64,000 nt of DNA from a bacterium (GTDB lineage: Bacteria; Zhuqueibacterota; Zhuqueibacteria; Residuimicrobiales; Krinioviventaceae), in NCBI GenBank assembly GCA_963674595.2, contig CAXXFV010000006.1, positions 64,001-128,000 on the forward strand, read 5' to 3'. This document shows, piece after piece, positions 38,260 to 47,096 of the stretch (positions are counted from its first letter, which is position 1; each line of letters starts with the position of its first letter). The notes below the pieces were generated by a model. The model was not told the origin of the DNA, did no database searches, and saw only the letters and a program-made list of their open reading frames with translations. The translations under genes were made by a program, and so were the position numbers.

Positions 38260-38721
38260 TTATTGATTTTTTAATTGTGCAGCTTTTTTTTCTATCATTT
38301 GTTGTAGCTCTTGAATATTTTCCTCTACTTTTTGAGCACCTAATTGGCCGCCTTTTTCCATTAGTGAAGGCATTAATTTTATTGCTTTTATTCCTGTAGG
38401 TGTTCTATAAAAAGCATTTATCTCTTTTAGTTCGTTTGTAGTGAAAGCATCTGCATAAATATCAATTAAATCTGGTTTAAGATTTTTATAGCTCATATGT
38501 TTATTCAAAAAATCCAACATTACTTGCTTATATGGCTCCAAAGATGGATTTTGCTGTATTTGCAAATTCAACATCTGTGGTATTGTTTGCTCTAGTAACG
38601 TCTCCATTCCAATAGAGTTTAATAATATTTCAGCTTCTTTCCGGGATTCTTTATCTGCTGCAAATGTATATCCTGAAATTAATAGCAAAATAAGAAACAT
38701 TTTTAAATTAAATACTTTCAT
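38260..38721 (-). CDS. DUF2059-family secreted protein
   Basis: Signal peptide; IYADAFTTNELKEINAFYRTPTGIK. Confidence 0.85.
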   Translation of the reverse strand: MKVFNLKMFLILLLISGYTFAADKESRKEAEILLNSIGMETLLEQTIPQMLNLQIQQNPSLEPYKQVMLDFLNKHMSYKNLKPDLIDIYADAFTTNELKEINAFYRTPTGIKAIKLMPSLMEKGGQLGAQKVEENIQELQQMIEKKAAQLKNQ

Positions 38722-39009
38722 TTGTTAACTCCTTTACGATTTAGAACACAATGACAATCTTTGGTTTGCTTTATAGAAACAAAAAACTGTTAACTTTTGG
38801 GCATTTCATCAAGTCCGACCTTCAAGTTGGCGACCATTTTTTTAACCACATCGTTGTTTAAAAAAAAGTACTTAAATTTTGAATTTCTATTACCCCAATT
38901 TTCTTAATAACTATTATAGGCGGTTGTCCGAATTGCATTGCTTGGAAGGGCTAATAACCAATTTTTTTATTTATTCATTTATTGAATTCCACCAGAACAA
39001 TTCCTGTAA

Positions 39010-41145
39010 CTATTTGGCACATCGAAAGCCGACTGTATTGTAACAACTGCCCGGACTAAAAGCATATCGATTCTTATAATGTATATCTTCGGATTTATCC
39101 TTCCAGGAAGCGCCGCGCAGCACACGATGGTCACCACTTGAAGGGCCTGTTGGATTATTAATAGGACTCCTTTTATAATAAGACCGGCTATACCAATCAG
39201 AACACCATTCCAATACATTGCCGCTCATATCATAGAGGTCCAGCTCGTTAGGTTGTTTTTTGCCAATCGGGTGTGTTGCCCGTCTGGAATTTTTGTTATA
39301 CCATGCAACATCATTTAAGCGGTCACTGCCGCTATATTTGAAATGTTTGGATTTATTTCCGCCACCGGCGGCATATTCCCACTCTGCTTCGGTGGGTAAC
39401 CGTTTCCCTGCCCACTTTGCATATTCTTTAGCGCCAAACCATGAAACCATTGTAACCGGGTGATTTGCATAGCCCATTTCGGTTACATATTTTTTATCAT
39501 AAATTACAATTTTACTGTCTTTATTTGATATATCAAGCCAAAGAGCATTATTTGTTGCATGCCTTCTTTTAGCATTTAAAAATTCGCAAAATTGCTTATT
39601 GGTAACTTCATATTTATCTATATAAAAAGCATCCAATACTACTCTATGAACCGGGGTTTCATCGTAAAACTCTTTGCTGCCCATTAAAAATGTGCCACCA
39701 GCCACATATACCATATCGCCTAATTTTTCTGAATCATTTATATAACTAGTACGAGAACTTTTTTTTCTATGAGGGATTTTAAATTGTGCTACAACTGTTA
39801 ACACAAAATTATCATTATCGCCGGCAACAGGATACAACCATATTCTTTCTACATCGCGGAAAATATCTTGAGCATTACCTGATATGTCTGAGACAAGAAT
39901 ACTGTTTGAAACTTTTGTTTCGTGAATAAACTGCTCAATTTTAGAGTAACTTTGTTTTATCTGTTTATAAACATTAAATGCTGTTTTTGCAATATCATCA
40001 GCCGGGTTTCCTTCGGTAGTGACATTCACTGCATATTTGGCGACAAGTTCTTTTTCTTTTACATCAAGCAGTTGCTGCTCAAGTTCCTCTACTTAATCAT
40101 CAAAGTATTGCATTGCTTTATTTATACTGCTTTCCATATCATTGTCATCATAAATTACGGTTGTTAATGATTCAATGGTTTGTTTGAGATAGCTGCCTTG
40201 ATTAGCCAGTTTTTCTTCAAGCAATGCAATATCATCATCTATTTTGGCAATATTGGAAAATCCAGTTCTTATTATTTTTTGCTGTCTGCGGCTGGATGTG
40301 CTATTGGTACCGTCTATTGCTATTTTACCTAGATTTACTTCAAACTCTGTAGCTTTAATATCATCATCTGAAATGCCCTGGTTTTGTAATTTTGTTTTGT
40401 AATCATTATCGCTTAATAAATTGATAACAAGATAGTTTTCTGGTAGATCATTTGAATTGTCTTTTAATATATTTGATTTTTTTAGTGAAGCCACATTGAC
40501 CTTTATAAGATAAATAAATTTACTGCGATTGTTAATGGTTTTTGAAATATACTGTTTTTCAATAGTCATTTGACCGCTGACTTGAGAACTTATGTCATCG
40601 GTTAATAATTTTTTATTTTTAATGACAGTTAAACTTGAGATGAATACACCATTCAAGTCTTCTATTGCGATTGGCGCCAGTAACTTTTCTGCCCGGTTTG
40701 ATAATTTCCCTTTAGAGGCCCACATATCTATGTCATTTAACAATACAAGATAAAGACCTTGAAACGTTAAATTGGATAGGTCCTTTTGCATTTGTTGTTC
40801 GATGTCTTTACGACTTTGTTTTTTAATTTCTATTTGTTCCTGCATTTTTTTAATATCTATCAGTTTCAACAATTCCTGTTTGTCCATCATGACATTCGTA
40901 ATACTGTTTTGCAGGATCGCGATCTGATTTTCAACATCAATATTGTTACGTTTAATTTGAATTTTTAATTCATCAATATCGAGTGATTTGAAAATTACCT
41001 GTTCTGTTTTGATTTTCAGACTTATTGATGATTCTTTAATGTTGTTTTTTTCAAGCAACAACGAACTTGTTGGCTGGAAAATTTGAGAGTAAAGAGATGA
41101 ATGGATTAAAAACAAGAATATAATATTTAATGATTTTTTAACCAT
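39010..41145 (-). pseudogene. Secreted coiled-coil + FGE-sulfatase (SUMF1/CLec-fold) protein interrupted by an in-frame TAA
   Basis: ORFs 40093-41145 and 39010-40029 share a frame and are joined by TAA plus 21 sense codons; C-terminal GGTFLMGS, YEVTN, RLPTEAEWEYAA, DMSGNVLEW, RVLRGASW, GFRC. Confidence 0.8.
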
Positions 41146-41300
41146 TATGTTCTCCGGACGTTCAATACTGTGTTTTAGTTTAGTAATCGTTTGTTTTTTA
41201 GAATCAACTAGTTAAGCTTTATGAGAGGAACTGTGATTTTATCAAAATACAATGTGTTTAATCAACCAATAGTTTTCTTTGGGTAAAAAAAATAAAAATT

Positions 41301-41478
41301 GAACCTGACACAATCTCTTCCTCGTTTGTTCTTTGAATCCCGTATTTTAAGGTGGAAAATCAGCCAGGTTTGTTTCAGAATTATCCTTAAATGACCAACC
41401 CGTCTGAAAAACAAACTTGAACCGACAAAAGAATAATACAAATTCTATAATAACCGCGCAAGTTGTTTTTGGAAAAAT
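41301..41478 (-). repeat. Promoter/leader repeat family 1, copy 1
   Basis: Aligns with 42960-43140 and 49750-49940; contains TTGCGC(41456-61)-N17-TATTAT(41433-38). Confidence 0.85.
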
Positions 41479-41516
41479 TTTGTTAATCGGTGGATCGTAA
41501 AAGCTGACTCGGTCTG

Positions 41517-42980
41517 TTACTTGTTTTGCATTATCCCCATTTTTTCGACGAGATGCATAACATTAATTGTGCGCACGTCGCCCTTTTTTAGAGAAGCTTC
41601 TGCAGCCGCAATCCCGGCGGCATGCCCAAGCGCCATCATTGTGCGCGATAACCGACAACTGGATGCTGCTATGTGGCTAAAGCCCGCCCCTCGACCGGCT
41701 ACCAGCAGATTATCAACTCCTTTCGGAATCAGGCAGCGATAGGGTATTCCATAGCTCTCTTCCACATTGCGCAGCCCGCCGCCGCGCCCGTGAGTATCCA
41801 TTGGATGATCGGCAACCGCGATCATGTCAGGGTGCTTTTGTTTTACCAAACCTGTAACAAGATCGTGTTCCGTCAAGATGTATTCGGTAACGACCCGGTA
41901 GCTCTCCCGGATGCCAAGCATGGGAGCAAAACTATGAAATTTATACCCCTTGAATTCCGGAAATTTTGAAAGCCATTGCCAGTGTACAGTAGTCCGGGAC
42001 TGAGCTAATTCATAAGCCCTGGTGTATCCCGAATCAATCAGGGTATGACCGTCAAGTATCCCCAGAGGATTAACAATTCGATCACCGCCGGGAAGCTGAT
42101 GTACGCTGGCTACCAGCGGCCAACCGTTTGTTTTTGTCTGCGCCGGTATCTCCTGTATTTGTTCTGTGTTACGCATTGTAACTCTGTAACACAGAGATGT
42201 TGCATTTAATGTATTCCCTGGTTTATCGGCCGCATGCGGTTCATTAAACCGTTCCCGACCGTCCTCGCCAAGCATCACCTCACAACCTGCGTCACGACAC
42301 ACATACGCTCCGCCGGTACAGTCGATAAAGACGATACTGCGGATTTCCCGGGTTCCTCCATTTGCGTCTTTTACGATAATGGACTCGATTTGTCGTTTTT
42401 TCATGTTTGCGTGCAGGAAACTGGTGGAGAGCAGGACCCGGCATTTTTCAGTCGATGCGAGAAGGTACCATGCCGCTTTGTGGAAAGCAGCCGGATCAAA
42501 TACCACGGCGTGAAAGTTTTTTTCCGGTACGCCGGCACGCTGCGTGGTGCTGCTATATGTTAGTTTTGGATCCGGTATCAACAACGCACCGAACCGTGTT
42601 GGCGTCCGCACGGTAACGCCGACACTCTGAGGTAGACGGCTCAGTTGTTCATATATCTCCCGGGCGAACGAGCACCCCGGTCCCGGTTCCCAGCGGCAGA
42701 CATAGGCTCCTGTTGATGTTCCTCCCAGTTCCTCTCGTTTTTCCACCAGTATCACATCCGCTCCTGCCCGCGCTGCTGCCAGCGCCGCACCGATACCGGC
42801 ACTCCCGCCCCCAATAACACAAACGTCACAAACGATGTTCTCTTTTTTTGTCTCAGCGGCAGGCAATGCTGAGGACAGAAACAAGATGCACCAGACTAAA
42901 AGAACAAACCACCGACAGTTAATTATTATCCAGCCAAACATTCTAACAACAAAATAATCGGAATATAACCTTGAATCCAA
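41517..42980 (-). CDS. FAD-dependent oxidoreductase (FAD_oxidored family), probably secreted
   Basis: DVCVIGGGSAGIGAALAAARAG, FIDCTG, GIRESYR, YGIPYRCLIP..VDNLLVAGR; visibly more GC-rich than its flanks. Confidence 0.88.
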   Translation of the reverse strand: MDSRLYSDYFVVRMFGWIIINCRWFVLLVWCILFLSSALPAAETKKENIVCDVCVIGGGSAGIGAALAAARAGADVILVEKREELGGTSTGAYVCRWEPGPGCSFAREIYEQLSRLPQSVGVTVRTPTRFGALLIPDPKLTYSSTTQRAGVPEKNFHAVVFDPAAFHKAAWYLLASTEKCRVLLSTSFLHANMKKRQIESIIVKDANGGTREIRSIVFIDCTGGAYVCRDAGCEVMLGEDGRERFNEPHAADKPGNTLNATSLCYRVTMRNTEQIQEIPAQTKTNGWPLVASVHQLPGGDRIVNPLGILDGHTLIDSGYTRAYELAQSRTTVHWQWLSKFPEFKGYKFHSFAPMLGIRESYRVVTEYILTEHDLVTGLVKQKHPDMIAVADHPMDTHGRGGGLRNVEESYGIPYRCLIPKGVDNLLVAGRGAGFSHIAASSCRLSRTMMALGHAAGIAAAEASLKKGDVRTINVMHLVEKMGIMQNK

Positions 42981-43140
42981 CTCAATTTCTTCCTTATGTA
43001 TTCTACGAATCCCGTTTCATGATGGAAAATCAGCCAGATTTGTTTTATAATTACTCGTAAATGATCATCCAACCTGAAAAACAAACCTGGACCGGCAAAA
43101 ACATAATACTAATTCTTAAATAACCGCGCAAGTTGTTTTT
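42960..43140 (-). repeat. Promoter/leader repeat family 1, copy 2
   Basis: TTGCGC(43126-31)-N17-TATTAT(43103-08); supplies the RBS and TTG start of 41517-42980. Confidence 0.85.
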
Positions 43141-43286
43141 ATATAATTATTTTTTCTAATCTGTTATCAAGATTAAAAATAAAACCCCCTCTGATTAAGA
43201 TGTTGGAAAAATGAGTGTTCTAATAATTAATAGAAACCGAAAAATCTATAAGCTGCTTTTAACGGATTTTAATTGTTGAATATTTT

Positions 43287-43967
43287 TTATTCTATCCGTA
43301 CCTCACTCAGTAAAACACAGGATATTTTATTTGCTTTTGTTCCAAAGGTAAAATTTTGCACCGGTCCTGAAAGCAGCGTGGATTCCTGTGCGATCACGGT
43401 CCCGCCGATATTATCATAGTTATCCGTTGCTGTAACTACCGAAGGAGAATTTGATGTCACGGTAATCCGGGTGTAATACCATGTGTCGTCTGAAATAACG
43501 TTCGACCCATCCGAGGCATAGTTTGTGCTCAAATTCAGCACCCGACAGGATGGAAACCAGTTTGTGGAATCTGAATAAAGGTCTATTGTAATGTTCATCA
43601 TTCTGCCGTCGCTGTTTGTTTTCCACTTGAGAAAAATACTGTTATCTATTGCAGAACTATTTGCAGCAAGATGAACCGCTTTGTTGGTTTGGCTATCGTT
43701 GCCGTAAATTTTTAAACCCTCTGTAACGCATTCAAATACGCCTTTTGCCGGTGTGACGTGCTCAACAACAGGTTCTGTAACGATACATTCCCAGTTTGAT
43801 AAATTCAACACCTGAGCAGGAGGGGTGGTGGAAAATGTTATACTGTCTACCTGCGAAAGATCAAAACTGTCCGAGGTTTGGTCTGTTTTATATATTGTAA
43901 GGGATTGTGAAAAAACGATATTTGACAGCAATAAAAATGTCAGCAGTGTTATTTTTTTCATTTTCAT
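43287..43967 (-). CDS. Secreted hypothetical protein
   Basis: Signal peptide, short 'FDLSQVDSITFS' beta-motif, then a beta-rich domain. Confidence 0.75.
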   Translation of the reverse strand: MKMKKITLLTFLLLSNIVFSQSLTIYKTDQTSDSFDLSQVDSITFSTTPPAQVLNLSNWECIVTEPVVEHVTPAKGVFECVTEGLKIYGNDSQTNKAVHLAANSSAIDNSIFLKWKTNSDGRMMNITIDLYSDSTNWFPSCRVLNLSTNYASDGSNVISDDTWYYTRITVTSNSPSVVTATDNYDNIGGTVIAQESTLLSGPVQNFTFGTKANKISCVLLSEVRIE

Positions 43968-43974
43968 ATCTCTT

Positions 43975-44463
43975 TTATTTTACAAACAACATTTTTTTGG
44001 TAATAAGCGAATTTGCAAACGATACCTGATAGATGTACAAACCGGTAGCAACCGGCTGTCCGCTATCGTTATCTCCGTTCGAGGTGATGGTATATGCACC
44101 TTGTGCGGCATGTGTATTTTCAAATGATTTGACTAATTGTCCGTTAATGTTGAAAATTTTTATTTGAACGTTGCCTTTTTCCGGAATCTGGTATTCAATG
44201 GTTGTACTGGGATTAAAGGGATTGGGATAATTTTGCAGCAATTTAAATGTTTTGATAACAGTATTTATTTCTTTGTCTCCGTCCACACTTGAAAAATTCG
44301 AAAAAACCAGTTTTTGTATGTCCGCAACCGGAATGACCGTTGCATTTCCGTTTGACCATACCGTTAAATAATATGTTTGCGAATAAAGAGCGCCTGTGCA
44401 TAACAGAAAAAGTATTAATGTTATTTTTTTCATAATAATTCCTAAATCGTTAATCAACTGCAT
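43975..44463 (-). CDS. Small secreted protein with FlgD-Ig/'secretion system C-terminal' domain
   Basis: Signal peptide (likely start MKKITL); LLQNYPNPFNPSTTIEY...GLYIY...KKMLFVK. Confidence 0.85.
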   Translation of the reverse strand: MQLINDLGIIMKKITLILFLLCTGALYSQTYYLTVWSNGNATVIPVADIQKLVFSNFSSVDGDKEINTVIKTFKLLQNYPNPFNPSTTIEYQIPEKGNVQIKIFNINGQLVKSFENTHAAQGAYTITSNGDNDSGQPVATGLYIYQVSFANSLITKKMLFVK

Positions 44464-44474
44464 CTGTTAAACAT

Positions 44475-45873
44475 TTAAAAAGACACATTTGTGACTTTGT
44501 TTGAAAGTGTAAAGGTTTTTTTCAATGTTCCACCCGAATAGGCCCCGCCCACATATAAACCATTTGCGTTGGTGCCGGTTGATGTGCCGCCCGTGTAAAT
44601 AGAATAGGTCGCTCCGTTTTTTAATTCCGGAGAAGAAAAAACCACATAATATACATTTCGGACCGGTTTGAATGTGACCAGGTTGTTACCGCTTGCATCC
44701 TGAATATGGAACAGAGTGGAAGAACCGAACATTGAGTTGGTTGTTGCTTTAATTGCATACTGCTCAGAACTTGTGCTGGTTGCTTCAATCATATTGCCGG
44801 AATTCGGTCCGGTAGCAATCAATAATCCACCGGATACTTTAAAAGTCCCGTTATAATCCAAAGCAACTTCAGGATTTGAAGTTGGGCCGTGGACCACAAC
44901 CGTTCCACCGGTCATCACAATGTTGCCATTGCTGTCCAGTCCGTCACCTTTTGTTGTATTGAGAGATATGTTGCCGCCATTCAGATAGAGATAGCTGACG
45001 TCGTTGGCTTCACCGCCGTTTCCTTTGGTGGCATTAAATCCGTCGTCGCTTGCAAGGATACTGACCTCGCCATTGTTTACCGTAATTTCCGGGGCTTCAA
45101 TTCCTTCAGTTGATTCTGTTATGGCAAGTATACCGTTGTTTATAGTGACTGATGTTTCCGTTCTCTATCCGGATATCATCATCGCTGCAAAGAGCGTGTT
45201 GCTCTGATCCTTTTCCGTTGATTGTTAAACTGCCGGTCCCATTAAAAACAATCGTACCTTCACTAAAAAAAGCGGCGCCCTGTTCTTCTGTTTCACCGGA
45301 ATCGTTGACGATTTCATCACTGTAGGAAGCGCCGTCTGTCAGAATATTGGTGGTACCATCGACCAACGTTACGGTTGCTTTTTTCTTTGACTGACTATTT
45401 ATTGCCGGTCCGTTTGGATTGGTTATGTTTATATTATTAAAAAACAGGTAAAACTTTTTTTCACTGTAAATTTTAAACATACCGCTAGACGTTTCCCCTG
45501 AAAGTTTATAGTTAACACCTTGTGCGTCTTCGGTCGCATTTACCGTAACATTTGCCCCATCCACATCAACCGATACGCCTTCAAAGGCCAGGGGATTGAT
45601 AACCGACACATAAGAACCGTTATAATTGATGTATACGGTGTCGGGATTATCTGTAAATGAAATACTGTCAATTTCTGCCATGGAATATTGTACGATCGTA
45701 TTTCCCATACGAAAATTTATCAGATCACCTTTATTACTAAAGTAGATCTCTTCAATATTTGACAGTGAAGCACCCAACGTCATATGATCAGACTTGTGGA
45801 GATACATTTTCCCTTGAGCAAACAAAATTGTACTAAAAAACAGGCATGCAAATAATAGAATGTTTTTTTTCAT
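44475..45873 (-). pseudogene. Carbohydrate-binding beta-helix protein (Cthe_2159/DUF4353-like), frameshifted near 45155
   Basis: GPAINSQSKK, LTDG, FFSEG, HALCSDD in the first ORF. An alternative frame continues ETSVTINNG...EGIEA...DDGFNA...GDGLDSNG into ORF 44475-44918. Confidence 0.8.
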
Positions 45874-46191
45874 GGTATGACTATTCCACTTTAGGTGATG
45901 AATAAGTAAAACTGGTATTTACTTTAGTTGTTCAAATGATTGGTGAAAAAAAAGTTTAATTTCTTTTTAAACACTTTTATTTTTATTTTCTTGCACTTTT
46001 TTGAAAAACAAATGTTTGTAATTTTATTATGATTAATTGGTTTGGCAGGTGTATCGGATTGTAAATATGAAGTTTGTGTTATGAAAGGAGGGAGTATGAT
46101 AGGCAAAACATGTCAGAATTTTTTAGATTTTGTATATTGATATGTTGGGACCGGAAGAAGGACCCAACACATCAATTAATTTCAAACTTTG

Positions 46192-46530
46192 TTATTCTAC
46201 AATACGGACAGCTGTTCCTGAAAGCCCTGTACGTGCAACAGTGGAATTTATTTTGGAGAGTCTTACATTTATAACAGCATCAGCGCCGATTGAAGCTGCT
46301 TCCTCTTTTAAAATTTCCAAAGCAGCATCCCCATCACCGGGCTTATCAACGGCAACACTTCCGATAACGATATATTTGTAATCAAAAATATCTCCCGAAT
46401 AGACTTTAACATCTTCCGGAGAAGTCGGCTCATATGCCTCGGCCCCGTCCTGAATATAGTGGGTACGTACAGCACAACTGCAAATAAATAAAGCAAAGAC
46501 GACCATAACCTGTAGAATTGATTTTTTCAT
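46192..46530 (-). CDS. Small lipoprotein, YbjQ-like fold
   Basis: Lipobox-like ICSC; LKEEAASIGADAVINVR...GTAVR. Confidence 0.75.
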   Translation of the reverse strand: MKKSILQVMVVFALFICSCAVRTHYIQDGAEAYEPTSPEDVKVYSGDIFDYKYIVIGSVAVDKPGDGDAALEILKEEAASIGADAVINVRLSKINSTVARTGLSGTAVRIVE

Positions 46531-46542
46531 TAGAGACCTCCT

Positions 46543-46890
46543 TTATTGCAGTTTAACTGCTGTACCATATGCCTTTATTGCGGATTGCCAGTATCCAGAG
46601 TCAATTTCCAGTCTGAGATTGATAATAGCATCCGCACCTAATTGTGCAGCCTGTTTTTTCAAATGCCCTACAGCCGTTTCGGCATTTTCACCTGCATCCG
46701 CATCTGCAACGACCTCTCCGATTACTACATAATCGGCATCGATTTTTGACGTAGAATATACTTTTACGTCAGATGCCGGAACCGGTTCAAAGGAAGAATC
46801 CGGATAATCATCAGTATTTATATGAGCAACTGAAGAACAACCCGCTACAATTAGTACGGCAAACAATCCAGTGACAAGTAATTTGAACAT
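46543..46890 (-). CDS. Small lipoprotein, YbjQ-like fold (paralogue of 46192-46530)
   Basis: Lipobox VAGC; LKKQAAQLGADAIINLR...GTAVK; AAGGAGG RBS. Confidence 0.78.
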   Translation of the reverse strand: MFKLLVTGLFAVLIVAGCSSVAHINTDDYPDSSFEPVPASDVKVYSTSKIDADYVVIGEVVADADAGENAETAVGHLKKQAAQLGADAIINLRLEIDSGYWQSAIKAYGTAVKLQ

Positions 46891-47096
46891 AGACAGCCTC
46901 CTTATATAGTAATGGGATTAAAAAAGTGAATGATTTTAATTTTACTTTCCCCTAAATCACCAATCAAGGTTGACCCTGTGGATAAATTTAGTATTTTTCC
47001 AATATAAAATTATTAAAACATAAATACAATAAAATAAACAAGTTTTTTTAGTTTTTTTTATTCTCAATAGCTTTAAGTGTTTACCTGATCGCTCAT

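Noticed and set aside
38154-38915. 10-bp inverted match ATAGTTATTA around the DUF2059 gene as transposon ends
   Set aside because: Short and AT-rich, so expected by chance; no target duplication or transposase.
38920-38955. attC-like left arm (CAAGCAATGCAATTCGGAC) after the FGE gene
   Set aside because: No RYYYAAC core and no matching right arm.
40093-40095. Stop-codon reassignment or selenocysteine/pyrrolysine readthrough
   Set aside because: The codon is TAA, which terminates many genes here; Sec and Pyl use TGA and TAG.
45924-46381. Short ORFs 45924-46106, 46074-46274 and 46130-46381
   Set aside because: Low-complexity intergenic or antisense frames with no recognisable features.
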